From NCBI GenBank assembly GCA_046727435.1, contig JBKPCR010000333.1:1-56606 (forward strand): DNA of 56,606 bases, written 5' to 3'. The position numbers and the translations under genes are program-made. Under the pieces are notes generated by a model that searched no databases, was not told the DNA's origin, and was given only the letters and a program-made list of their open reading frames with translations. Position 1 is the stretch's first letter. Every line of letters begins with the position of its first letter. Source of the DNA: a bacterium. GTDB lineage: Bacteria > Tectomicrobia > Entotheonellia > J063 > CAVPRW01. Positions 33,582-42,618 of the stretch are shown here, piece after piece.

Positions 33582-34200
33582 AACTCGAACAGGGCGGCAT
33601 CGTCGGTCCGCCATAGCGTCCACACGAGTGGCCGAGCGCACCTGCGTGGGGTGTCAGCAGGTACGGCCGAAAGATCAGTTGATGCGGCTGGTGTGCGGTC
33701 CGAGTGGCCAGGTGCTGCTGGATATCCACGGGAAGCTACCCGGGCGTGGCGCCTACCTCTGCGCTCAGCGTCCCTGCGCTGAGCAAGTCTTGAAGAGAAC
33801 GCGATTACAGGAGGCCTTTCGGCGTGAGGTGGCCCTCGTTTCTCTCGATGAGCTGGTGCGTGCGATGGTTAGCGTCATGGCCGAACGGGCACTGGGCTGC
33901 ATACGCATTGCCCGCAAAGCTGGGCGCGTTGTCTCGGGATACACACAGGTGAGTCGTGCCTTGATGTATGAGCCGGTGGCCTGCCTCCTCGTGGCCGAAG
34001 ATACCGCACGAGAGCGACTACGTGAGTATCAGGGTTGGTGTGCGAAGCGTCAGATACCCTGCCGCTCGTTCCTCACGAAGGCGCGGTTGGGCGAACTCGC
34101 TGGGCGGGACGAAAGTAGTGCGATGGGGATTTTGGATCCACGCTTGGGCGAACGTCTGATCGGGTATATCGAGGGGATGAGCCGGTTGACGGAACGGTAA
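33565..34200 (+). CDS. YlxR (DUF448/RnpM)-like RNA-binding domain fused to an L7Ae/YlxQ-like domain
   Basis: RTCVGCQQVRPKDQLMRLV...LPGRGAYLC is the YlxR signature. The C-terminal IARKAGRVVSGYTQV...LLVAEDTA resembles L7Ae/YlxQ. ATG 33565 overlaps nusA by 17 nt. GTG 33628 is the alternative start. Confidence 0.8.
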   Translation: MSLSGRTRTGRHRRSAIASTRVAERTCVGCQQVRPKDQLMRLVCGPSGQVLLDIHGKLPGRGAYLCAQRPCAEQVLKRTRLQEAFRREVALVSLDELVRAMVSVMAERALGCIRIARKAGRVVSGYTQVSRALMYEPVACLLVAEDTARERLREYQGWCAKRQIPCRSFLTKARLGELAGRDESSAMGILDPRLGERLIGYIEGMSRLTER

Positions 34201-34212
34201 GGAGGTGGCCAG

Positions 34213-36357
34213 ATGGGGGTGAGGGTCTATGAGCTGGCACGGACGTTAGGGCGCTCTAGTAAAGACCTCATGCACGAACTGAAAAAACAAGGCATCGAAT
34301 TGAAAAGTCACATGAGTAGTATCGATGAAGAGACCGCCGAGCTTGTGGCTGACTTGCTGAAGACATCGCTGGCACCCTCGGTCAAGGATACGCCAGTGGT
34401 ACCACCAGTGGTTGAGGAAGAAGAGGAAAGCGTTGAAAATACCCTCAGCACATCCCCGACGGCTGTGACCGTGGAGACGACGGTACCAGCGCCCGTGACC
34501 CCAACGCCGGTGGTGATTCAGGAGCCGCCGTCTGTCGTGGTCGAACCCCCGAGGGCAGCCGCCGTTGAGGCACCGGCGGTCGTCAAAGCTCCACCGGAAA
34601 AGCACCTGCGACTGGGTGAGGCTGTGACGGTGAAAGAGCTCGCGGAGAAGATGAATGCACGCCCGGCCGAGGTCATTCGGCTCCTAATGAAGCTGGGCGT
34701 CATGGCCACGATCAATGCGGTGATCGACCTTGAGAAAGCTACAGCGCTGGCCCAGAGCTTCGGCTATAGTGTCGAGGCCGCAGCGGGCGATAGCGGAGAC
34801 GCCTTCATCGACGAGGAAGATAGCGCGGAAAATCTGTGGCCACGGGCGCCTGTGGTGACCGTGATGGGCCATGTCGATCACGGCAAAACCTCATTGTTAG
34901 ATGCTATCCGTGCCACCAATGTGACGCAGAGCGAGGCCGGTGGCATCACGCAGCATATCGGCGCCTATGCGGTAAACACCACGCGGGGCAACGTCGTCTT
35001 CCTCGATACCCCTGGCCACGAAGCCTTCACCGCCATGCGTGCCCGCGGTGCACAAGCAACAGATATCGTCGTCCTGGTTGTGGCGGCGGACGATGGAGTC
35101 ATGCCGCAAACCGTCGAGGCCATTACGCATGCGCGGGCAGCAAATGTGCCAATTGTGGTGGCGATCAATAAGATCGATCTCCCAAATGCCAACCCCGATC
35201 GCATCAAGCAACAGCTCAGTGACCATGGTCTGGTCCCCGAGCAGTGGGGCGGTGAGACGATTTTCGTCGAGGTCTCAGCTAAGCGCAAGCAGAATATCGA
35301 TGAGCTGCTCGAGATGCTGTTGTTGCAGGCGGAAATTCTCGAGCTGCGCGCCAATCCGTCACGACGTGGCCAAGGGGTGGTCATCGAGGCGGAGCTGGAT
35401 AAGACTCGCGGGCCAGTGGCGACCCTGTTGGTGCAGAAAGGCACCGTGCGTATCGGCGATGCCTTCGTCGTCGGCATGCACTATGGGCGTATTCGTGCCC
35501 TCCTCAACGATCGCGGAGAGAAGATCCCCGAGGCCGGACCAGCCACCCCGGTCGAGGTCATCGGTATGTCAGGCGTTCCGCTGGCGGGCGATCTCTTCCA
35601 AGTCGTGACCGACGAGAAAAAGGCGCGGCAAATCGCCACCCTGCGCCAGCAACGTCGGCGTGAAGAGCACATCCAGCGTACGTCGCGGGTGACCCTGGAA
35701 GATCTCTATCGCCAAATTAAAGAGGGCGAGGTCAAAGAGCTCAATGTGCTCATTAAGGCCGATGTGCAGGGATCGGCCCAGGCGGTGCGCGATACCCTGG
35801 AGAAGCAGAGCACCAGTGAGGTGCGGTTACGCGTCATTCAGGGGGCGGTGGGCGGCATCACTGAGAGCGATGTCATGCTGGCGTCGGCCTCGAATGCGAT
35901 CATCATCGGTTTCAACGTCCGACCGACCCCCAAGGCGAGCGAATTGGCTGAGCGTGAGGGCGTCGATGTCCGCATGTATACCATTATTTACGATTTGATC
36001 GGCGACGTCAGAGCCGCGCTGGAGGGTCTGCTGGAGCCGGAGGTGGCCGAACACATCATGGGCCGTGCCGAGGTGCGCGAGACTTACCATATCCCACGCA
36101 TTGGTGTCGTGGCCGGCTGCTATGTCACCGAGGGCACCGTCACCCGCAACGCCGAGTGCCGGCTGCTGCGCGACGACGTCGTGGTCTATCAAGGCCGCAT
36201 CGCCTCGCTCCGCCGCTTCAAGGAGGATGTCCACGAAGTGAGTAGCGGCTATGAATGCGGGATTGGGCTCGAACGCTTCGCCGACATCAAGCGCGGGGAC
36301 ATCATCGAGCCATTTGTGCGCGAGCAGGTCGCCAAGAAGCTAGCCGCGCAAAGCTAG
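34213..36357 (+). CDS. infB: Translation initiation factor IF-2
   Basis: GTPase motifs [20 protein letters not shown] and NKID, with an acidic/Pro-rich N-terminal region. SD AAGGAGG. Confidence 0.97.
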   Translation: MGVRVYELARTLGRSSKDLMHELKKQGIELKSHMSSIDEETAELVADLLKTSLAPSVKDTPVVPPVVEEEEESVENTLSTSPTAVTVETTVPAPVTPTPVVIQEPPSVVVEPPRAAAVEAPAVVKAPPEKHLRLGEAVTVKELAEKMNARPAEVIRLLMKLGVMATINAVIDLEKATALAQSFGYSVEAAAGDSGDAFIDEEDSAENLWPRAPVVTVMGHVDHGKTSLLDAIRATNVTQSEAGGITQHIGAYAVNTTRGNVVFLDTPGHEAFTAMRARGAQATDIVVLVVAADDGVMPQTVEAITHARAANVPIVVAINKIDLPNANPDRIKQQLSDHGLVPEQWGGETIFVEVSAKRKQNIDELLEMLLLQAEILELRANPSRRGQGVVIEAELDKTRGPVATLLVQKGTVRIGDAFVVGMHYGRIRALLNDRGEKIPEAGPATPVEVIGMSGVPLAGDLFQVVTDEKKARQIATLRQQRRREEHIQRTSRVTLEDLYRQIKEGEVKELNVLIKADVQGSAQAVRDTLEKQSTSEVRLRVIQGAVGGITESDVMLASASNAIIIGFNVRPTPKASELAEREGVDVRMYTIIYDLIGDVRAALEGLLEPEVAEHIMGRAEVRETYHIPRIGVVAGCYVTEGTVTRNAECRLLRDDVVVYQGRIASLRRFKEDVHEVSSGYECGIGLERFADIKRGDIIEPFVREQVAKKLAAQS

Positions 36358-36361
36358 GCCT

Positions 36362-36643
36362 ATGGTCGTTGGCATATGCAGTATCGATCTCCGCATTCCG
36401 GGTAACGACAGCCTTAAAGGCAAACGGAGCGTGGTCCGCAGAATTAAGGAGCGCGTCAAGAATACCTTTAATGTCTCGGTCGCCGAGGTTGAGGACCTTG
36501 ACCAGCTGCAGCGCGTCGGCTTAGGTATCGCCTTCGTCAGTAACGAAGCAAGCCACGTCCACAGCACGCTCAGCAAGGTGGTCAATTTCATCGATCACTT
36601 GTATGTCGCGGAGATCATCGATTATCACATCGAAGTCTGGTAG
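36362..36643 (+). CDS. DUF503 (YlxP-like) protein
   Basis: 93 aa. Sequence MVVGICSIDLRIPGNDSLKGKRSVV..ERVKNTFNVSVAEV, and the standard position between infB and rbfA. Confidence 0.85.
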   Translation: MVVGICSIDLRIPGNDSLKGKRSVVRRIKERVKNTFNVSVAEVEDLDQLQRVGLGIAFVSNEASHVHSTLSKVVNFIDHLYVAEIIDYHIEVW

Positions 36644-36648
36644 GCTCG

Positions 36649-36996
36649 ATGCACCCCTACAAACGCTCTGAACGTCTTGGAGAGCTCATCCTGGCGGAAA
36701 TTGCCGAGCTGATCACGCGCGAGATCAAAGACCCACGCATCGGGTTTGTCACCTTCACGCGGGTTGAGATGTCGGACGATTTGCGGCATGCCAAGGTCTT
36801 CGTCAGCAGCTTTGGCGCGGAGCCAGAGAAGACGCGCACGCTTCAGGGTCTCTCCAGCGCTACGGGATATATGCGCCGCCATCTGGGACGGGCCTTACAC
36901 CTGCGCTATACTCCGGAGCTCTCCTTCCTCCTTGATGATTCGTTGGAGCATGGAGCAAAAATTGCGCAGATCCTCCGCCAACTCCATGCCGGATAA
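36649..36996 (+). CDS. rbfA: Ribosome-binding factor A
   Basis: KDPRIGFVTFTRVEMSDDLRHAKVFVS is the RbfA family pattern. Confidence 0.93.
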   Translation: MHPYKRSERLGELILAEIAELITREIKDPRIGFVTFTRVEMSDDLRHAKVFVSSFGAEPEKTRTLQGLSSATGYMRRHLGRALHLRYTPELSFLLDDSLEHGAKIAQILRQLHAG

Positions 36997-37939
36997 AGGT
37001 CCCAGTCACGTTGAAGGCTTGTTGAACATCGACAAGCCCAGCGATTACACCTCACACGACGTTGTCGCCCACATTCGCCGCTGGACGCGTGTTGCCCGCG
37101 TCGGACACGCCGGCACCCTCGACCCGCAAGCCACTGGCGTGTTACTCATCGGCTTGGGCCCAGGGACGAAGCTCACGCAATTCCTGCATGAATGCCCCAA
37201 GACCTACCGCGCCACCCTGCAGCTCGGGGTGCGCACGGACACCTGTGATGCTGCGGGGAAGGTGGTTGGGGTTGCCCCCGTGAGGGAGATGAGCCAAGGC
37301 GAGGTGGAGGCCGTGCTCGTTGGCTTCCGAGGGGCGATCGAGCAAATCCCGCCCATGTTTTCCGCCCTCAAACAGCGAGGACGGCGCCTCTACACGCTTG
37401 CCCGCCAGGGGATTGATGTCGAGCGGCAACCCCGGCGCGTGCAGATCTTCCGACTCACCTTGCTGGAGTTCAGCGCGGCGACCCTCAGCCTCGAGGTGGA
37501 GTGTTCAAGCGGCACATATATTCGGGTACTGGCGGACGACATCGGCACCCGACTGGGCTGTGGGGCTCACCTAAGGGCGCTCGTCCGCACGGCGACTGGC
37601 CCATTCACCCTGGCACAAGCGCTCACGCTGCCGGCATTGGAGGAGGCGGTGCGCCAAGATGACTGGCGACGCCACGTGATGACGCTGTCGGCAGCGGTGG
37701 CCGCCTTCCCGGCTCTTATCCTCACTGCTGCTGCCGCCCAGGGGCTTGCGCACGGCGTGGCGCCGACGCCACGAGGGATTGCACGCCACGTGGGGACATT
37801 TGCGGCCGCGGATACCGTGGCGCTTCTCGGACCAGATGAAGGCGTGCTCGCCATGGGATCAGTGACCTGTGGCGCAGCTGAACTGGAGGACACGCCTCAG
37901 AGCATGCCGGTCGTCAGGCTGCGCCGCGTGTTGAGTTGA
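36986..37939 (+). CDS. truB: tRNA pseudouridine(55) synthase
   Basis: GLLNIDKPSDYTSHDVV and the catalytic GHAGTLDPQATGVLL. The track ORF starts inside rbfA. ATG 36986 overlaps rbfA by 11 nt. Confidence 0.93.
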   Translation: MPDKGPSHVEGLLNIDKPSDYTSHDVVAHIRRWTRVARVGHAGTLDPQATGVLLIGLGPGTKLTQFLHECPKTYRATLQLGVRTDTCDAAGKVVGVAPVREMSQGEVEAVLVGFRGAIEQIPPMFSALKQRGRRLYTLARQGIDVERQPRRVQIFRLTLLEFSAATLSLEVECSSGTYIRVLADDIGTRLGCGAHLRALVRTATGPFTLAQALTLPALEEAVRQDDWRRHVMTLSAAVAAFPALILTAAAAQGLAHGVAPTPRGIARHVGTFAAADTVALLGPDEGVLAMGSVTCGAAELEDTPQSMPVVRLRRVLS

Positions 37940-38056
37940 GGGAATTGGCCGCCCGTCCACGCCGCCGCCCCGAGTGCTCTTGTGGGCCTGCACCCTATCC
38001 ATTGTGCCTGCTCAAGCCTGCCGGGAAGGATTCGCAACATGCAGATCGTCAGCCCC

Positions 38057-38085
38057 TTTACAAGCCGAGGGTGTTCTGGTACAGT
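38057..38085 (+). promoter_or_regulatory. Candidate sigma70 promoter of rpsO-pnp
   Basis: TTTACA (38057-38062), 17-nt spacer, TACAGT (38080-38085). Leader to ATG 38168 is about 80 nt. Confidence 0.5.
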
Positions 38086-38167
38086 GAGCCATTAAGCTGA
38101 AGTTTAATGCGATTTCCAGCAAGAGCAATGGATGTGCGACAAACGCGCCTGAAAGGAGTAGGGGAGC

Positions 38168-38437
38168 ATGCCATTGACGTCGGAGCGGAAAGGAGAGATC
38201 ATTCAATCGTTTCGCCGCCATGAGCAGGATAGTGGGTCCCCCGAGGTGCAGGTGGCGATTCTGAGCGAGCGGATCGGCTATTTGACCGAGCATCTGAAAA
38301 CCCATCGGAAGGATCACCATACGCGGCGAGGGTTGTTGAAGCTCGTCGGGCAACGCCGGCGGCTGCTGGGGTATCTGCGATCGACCGCGTTCGGCCGTTA
38401 TGCCATGCTCATCGAGCGACTTGGACTGCGGCGCTAG
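38168..38437 (+). CDS. rpsO: 30S ribosomal protein S15
   Basis: [48 protein letters not shown] is canonical S15. Confidence 0.97.
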   Translation: MPLTSERKGEIIQSFRRHEQDSGSPEVQVAILSERIGYLTEHLKTHRKDHHTRRGLLKLVGQRRRLLGYLRSTAFGRYAMLIERLGLRR

Positions 38438-38526
38438 ACGATCCCCCTGTCGCCTATGGTCAGGGGCGCGACAGACGTATGAGGCGATGGACGCGCCTGG
38501 CCGGCAGAAACTAGCAAGGAGGGTAG

Positions 38527-40656
38527 ATGTCCATGCTGCAACGCGTGGAAAAGGAGCTCGCCGGCAGGAAATTGGTCCTCGAAGTCGGGGAGGTTGCCAA
38601 ACAGGCTAACGGTGCCACGCTGGTCTCATACGGTGAGACCGTGGTGTTGGTCACGGCGGTCGTCGCCCCGGAGGTGCGAGAGGGGATAGATTTCGTGCCT
38701 CTGACGGTGGATTACCGCGAGAAAGCCTATGCCGCTGGCAAAATCCCTGGGGGGTTTTTCAAGCGCGAGGGCCGACCCAGCGAGCGCGAGGTGCTCACGA
38801 GTCGCCTCATCGATCGTCCGATCCGGCCGCTTTTTCCCAAAGGCTTTGGTCAGGAAACCCAGGTCATCGCCATCGTCCTGTCCGCGGACACGGAGAACAA
38901 TCCGGATGTCCTGGCGATGATCGGCGCGTCCACAGCGCTGACGGTCTCCGACATCCCTTTTCAGGGGCCGATTGGGGCCGTGCGCGTAGGCCGGATCGAG
39001 GGTGAATTCGTCATCAATCCCACCCGTCAGCAGCAGTCCCTCAGCGACCTCGATTTGGTCATTGCTGGCGTTGACGAGGGGATCGTGATGGTGGAAGGCA
39101 GTGGACGAGAGGTATCCGAGGAGGTGCTGATTGAGGGGCTGGAGGTGGGACACCAGGCCATTCGTGAGATCATCGCCCTGCAACGCGACCTCCGAGAGAC
39201 GGCCGGCAAATCAAAACTACCCTCAGCGATGGAAGCGCGTGACTCAGCGTTGGTCCAACGGGTACGAGAGCTGGCGACGCCATGGGTGCGTGACGCCATC
39301 CGCATCCCTGAGAAGCAGGTCCGCGAGCGTCGCATGTCAGAGGTGCTGGCCGAAGTGCTGACGGCCATGGCCGACCTGCTACCAGAACAGGCTCTTCTGG
39401 TTCCCAAGCTGATCGAAAGCATCGAGCGTGAGCAAATGCGCACGATGATTCTGGAGGAAGGGATCCGGGCCGACGGCCGTCGCACCGACGAGATTCGGCC
39501 GATCAGCATCCGTGTCGGCGTCCTCCCCCGCACGCATGGCTCGTCCCTGTTTACGCGCGGGGAGACGCAGGCCCTCGTAGTCAGCACCCTAGGGACCTCG
39601 ACCGACGAGCAGATCGTCGATGAACTCGAGGGGAAGAGCTCAAAGGCCTTCATGCTGCATTACAATTTCCCCCCATTCAGCGTCGGTGAGGTGAGCCCTA
39701 TGCGTGGCCCGGGCCGTCGCGAAATCGGCCACGGGGCCTTAGCCGAGCGCTCCGTCGCGCCGATCTTGCCCAGCAGCGACACATTCCCCTATACCATCCG
39801 GGTGGTGTCTGACATCCTGGAATCGAATGGTTCTTCTTCCATGGCGACGATTTGTGGGGCTACCCTCTCCCTCATGGATGCCGGTGTGCCGATTCTCGCT
39901 CCGGTGGCGGGGATCGCCATGGGACTGATCAGCGAGCCGGGTCGCGGCATTGCAGTGCTCTCGGATATCCTAGGTTTGGAGGATCATCTGGGGGACATGG
40001 ACTTTAAGGTAGCTGGGACGCCGACCGGCGTCACCGGCTTTCAGTTGGATGTGAAAATCGGCGGGGTGGACACGACGATCCTGCGAGGTGCCATCGAACA
40101 GGCGCGCCAGGGACGGCTCTGGATCCTGGAGAAAATGGCCTCAGTGATCGCTATGCCCCGCGCACAATTATCTACACACGCGCCGCGCATTATCACCATC
40201 CGCATCAACCCGGATAAGATTCGCGAGGTTATCGGCCCGGGGGGGAAAGTCATCCGCAGCATCATTGAGAAGACCGGCGCAAACATCGACATCGAAGACG
40301 ATGGTCGCATCAACATCGCATCAGCCGATGAGCAGGCGGCGCGGGCGGCCATCGAGCTCATTCGCGGCATTACGGCGGAGGCCGAGATCGGCAAAATCTA
40401 TCGCGGCAAAGTGAAGAAGATCACCGATTTCGGCGCGTTTGTCGAGATCATGCCGGGCACGGACGGCCTGGTGCATATCTCCCAGATCGCTGAGCAGCGC
40501 ATCAAAAGTGTGTCGGATGTGCTGAAGGAAGGCGAGGAGGTCATGGTCAAAGTGCTGGAAATCGATAAACAGGGTCGCGTTAAACTCAGCCGTCGCGAAG
40601 CCCTCCGCGAGGCTAAAGCGCGCGACGAACCTGCACCGGCGGATGCCTCCACCTAA
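38527..40656 (+). CDS. pnp: Polyribonucleotide nucleotidyltransferase (PNPase)
   Basis: Two RNase-PH domains (ESNGSSSMA), a KH domain and an S1 domain ([15 protein letters not shown]), in 709 aa. Confidence 0.97.
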   Translation: MSMLQRVEKELAGRKLVLEVGEVAKQANGATLVSYGETVVLVTAVVAPEVREGIDFVPLTVDYREKAYAAGKIPGGFFKREGRPSEREVLTSRLIDRPIRPLFPKGFGQETQVIAIVLSADTENNPDVLAMIGASTALTVSDIPFQGPIGAVRVGRIEGEFVINPTRQQQSLSDLDLVIAGVDEGIVMVEGSGREVSEEVLIEGLEVGHQAIREIIALQRDLRETAGKSKLPSAMEARDSALVQRVRELATPWVRDAIRIPEKQVRERRMSEVLAEVLTAMADLLPEQALLVPKLIESIEREQMRTMILEEGIRADGRRTDEIRPISIRVGVLPRTHGSSLFTRGETQALVVSTLGTSTDEQIVDELEGKSSKAFMLHYNFPPFSVGEVSPMRGPGRREIGHGALAERSVAPILPSSDTFPYTIRVVSDILESNGSSSMATICGATLSLMDAGVPILAPVAGIAMGLISEPGRGIAVLSDILGLEDHLGDMDFKVAGTPTGVTGFQLDVKIGGVDTTILRGAIEQARQGRLWILEKMASVIAMPRAQLSTHAPRIITIRINPDKIREVIGPGGKVIRSIIEKTGANIDIEDDGRINIASADEQAARAAIELIRGITAEAEIGKIYRGKVKKITDFGAFVEIMPGTDGLVHISQIAEQRIKSVSDVLKEGEEVMVKVLEIDKQGRVKLSRREALREAKARDEPAPADAST

Positions 40657-40730
40657 GGCAGATGGTCCCGCCCGAGGCCTAGAATCCCCTTCTATGGGTG
40701 TTAGTGTGCCCGCGTGTGCGGCCGCCGAGT

Positions 40731-40770
40731 TGACCTGCTGGTAGAAAGCGCATTGACGCCCAGCAGGTCA
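40731..40770. repeat. 11-bp perfect inverted repeat downstream of pnp
   Basis: TGACCTGCTGG (40731-40741) / CCAGCAGGTCA (40760-40770), with an 18-nt loop and no U-tract. Confidence 0.8.
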
Positions 40771-40950
40771 GTGGCGGTGCTCCTCTCGACGGGCATGCCC
40801 GCTAGTACATCCCCACGACTGCCGGCAGCGGTATACCATGGTCGGTTCTTCCCAACAGAAAACCCTCCGAGCGCTTCGGCGTGCTTGCAGAGCGTGCGGT
40901 ATGGTACCCGTCCCTAGGCAGGATGTCCCCATAACCGGTAGTCAGTAGCA

Positions 40951-41066
40951 GTTCATCAACTTGTGGATTATTTCATCGATAAAACAATAACATAGGACAA
41001 TATCCTTAAAGTAATCTATAAAATTTTGCAACTTAAATAATGATTAAAATGTGTATATTATGTTCG
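40951..41066. other. Sharp AT-rich island in a GC-rich background
   Basis: By hand count, 28 G/C in 116 nt (about 24%). It contains TAATCCACA (minus strand, 40962-40970), which matches the DnaA-box consensus TTATCCACA at 8 of 9 positions. Confidence 0.85.
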
Positions 41067-41152
41067 TCATGCGCATGAATCCCTCCAAGGCTTGACCGAT
41101 GAGCGGGTAATTGGTGCAGGGCGACGGGCCTCTGGGCAATCATGGCCGGTGC

Positions 41153-41181
41153 TTGCCAAGTGGAGGGAAATGTACTAAGAT
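41153..41181 (+). promoter_or_regulatory. Candidate promoter of the thioredoxin-like gene
   Basis: TTGCCA (41153-41158), 17-nt spacer, TAAGAT (41176-41181). Confidence 0.35.
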
Positions 41182-41287
41182 GGCGACCGTTGACTAGCCG
41201 TAAACACGTGCAGGGGAGAGTAAAGTGCCGGTTGTGTGGATGGAGCGGGCGTGAGCGCTGATCGCCCCGGTATCGGAGGAGGTATCG

Positions 41288-41803
41288 ATGATCACACGTG
41301 AACGGTTTGAGCAGGGCCTGACATGGGATGAGTACATGGGAGGGATTCAAAAAAACCAAGATCTCTTTAAGGTGAAATACGAGGAAGTCGAGATTTCGCC
41401 TGAAGACCGAGCCTTCTTCCAGGGCATCAAGAAACCCATTTATGTCCTAGCCATTGCGGAAGATTGGTGCCCCGATGTCTACAACAACCTGCCGGTCATG
41501 GCGCGTATCGCAGCGCTGAACCCGAGCATCCAGTTGCGCATTTTCCCACGTGACCAACATCACGACCTGATGCATCGCTACCTCTTCCGAGGGCAAAGTC
41601 AGTCGATTCCTGCCTTCGGGTTCTTCGATGCGAACTTCCAGGAATTCGCCAAGCACACTGGCGGCCGTCCCAAATTGCTGTGGGATTGGATCGATCAGCT
41701 CGGCAAAGACGAATCCCGCCCAAAATTGCGGGAGCACTATGCCGCGAACCGTGGGCGTGAGATGCTGCGTGAGTTGCGGGAAATTCTGCAGAAAGGAGTC
41801 TGA
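41288..41803 (+). CDS. Thioredoxin-fold protein (Thioredoxin_9-like) with a single-Cys WCPDV site
   Basis: VLAIAEDWCPDVYNNLP sits at the position where this family has WCxDC/CxxC. SD GGAGGAGG before ATG 41288. Confidence 0.7.
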   Translation: MITRERFEQGLTWDEYMGGIQKNQDLFKVKYEEVEISPEDRAFFQGIKKPIYVLAIAEDWCPDVYNNLPVMARIAALNPSIQLRIFPRDQHHDLMHRYLFRGQSQSIPAFGFFDANFQEFAKHTGGRPKLLWDWIDQLGKDESRPKLREHYAANRGREMLRELREILQKGV

Positions 41804-41811
41804 GCAAGGAT

Positions 41812-41840
41812 GGGAGGGGCCCGGTTCGGGGACCCCTCCC
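41812..41840 (+). terminator. GC-rich hairpin after the thioredoxin-like gene (possible terminator, no U-tract)
   Basis: GGGAGGGG (41812-41819) pairs with CCCCTCCC (41833-41840), plus an inner CCC/GGG pairing. Confidence 0.3.
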
Positions 41841-42055
41841 CGCCGCACCAGCGCTGAGATGCGGGGACACGTCTGGATGCCTCCGGCGCCAAGAGGAGGC
41901 TCATGGATGTTCCCAGCCGCTGGCGCGCCGCCAGCAGCTCGGAAGCAGCGGAGATAATGGCCGTTAGGAAAGTTAACAGAATATCCCTTATGGGAAGTCC
42001 CCGACGCACGTGGTCAGCGGCGCCAGTGCTTGCCCCTTGTCTCCCGCGTCCCTGC

Positions 42056-42421
42056 CTAGAGGGCGTCGTCGACATCGCCCGCCGCGGTGACGTCGCCGCC
42101 AGGCCCTCGTTGTTCTGCCTCCATCATTTCGTCGACCGCCGCCCCAAAATCCTCACCGGCTTCCTCCCCTAGGGCACTGCCCATCTGCTTGGCCCACTTC
42201 GCCAAGCTGCGTGGATCCTCAACGTCGCCGATCTTCGTCGGGTCGGCAAGGTCTTCCAGCATGGCATCCTCAGAGCGGACCCGCGCGACGCGTGAGATCA
42301 AGCGCGCCAGATCCTTCCCCTGACACGTGGGGCAGGCCGGATCGCGCGAATCGCGCGACACCCCGTAGAGAAAGGCAAATGTGCGTCCACAGGTCTTACA
42401 GCGATACTCATAAATCGGCAT
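42056..42421 (-). CDS. FmdB-family (CxxC_CxxC_SSSS) zinc-ribbon protein
   Basis: MPIYEYRCKTCGRTFAF...DPACPTCQGKDLARLIS is the family signature. The track ORF extends to 42595, but the family always starts at MPxYEY (ATG 42421). Confidence 0.8.
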   Translation of the reverse strand: MPIYEYRCKTCGRTFAFLYGVSRDSRDPACPTCQGKDLARLISRVARVRSEDAMLEDLADPTKIGDVEDPRSLAKWAKQMGSALGEEAGEDFGAAVDEMMEAEQRGPGGDVTAAGDVDDAL

Positions 42422-42618
42422 AGACGTCCCCTCACACCGCTGCGGTCCACAAGCGTCTCTCACCAGCCCGCTGCCGACACCGCGCGCCCGCGGTCGATGC
42501 GGCAGTCCTGCACACGCCGCGGTCTCGGCAACGGCCAGGCGAGCGCCAGCGCCCCTGCCCATCGATACCCGCGTGCTGGCGGCCCCCAGGCACAAGACAA
42601 CGGGCCGCGGTGCCGTGG

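Noticed and set aside
41040-41078. Cys-rich 12-codon mini-ORF MIKMCILCSSCA in the AT-rich island, upstream of the thioredoxin-like gene (possible leader peptide).
   Set aside because: There is no Shine-Dalgarno sequence and no adjacent attenuator structure. Short ORFs are expected by chance in AT-rich sequence.
40962-41243. Replication origin (oriC) suggested by the AT-rich tract plus DnaA-box-like sequences.
   Set aside because: There is only one 8-of-9 box and one weaker 7-of-9 box, no box cluster, no 13-mer-type repeats, and no dnaA/dnaN/gidA-type neighbours. That is insufficient for an origin call. I kept it only as an unexplained AT island.
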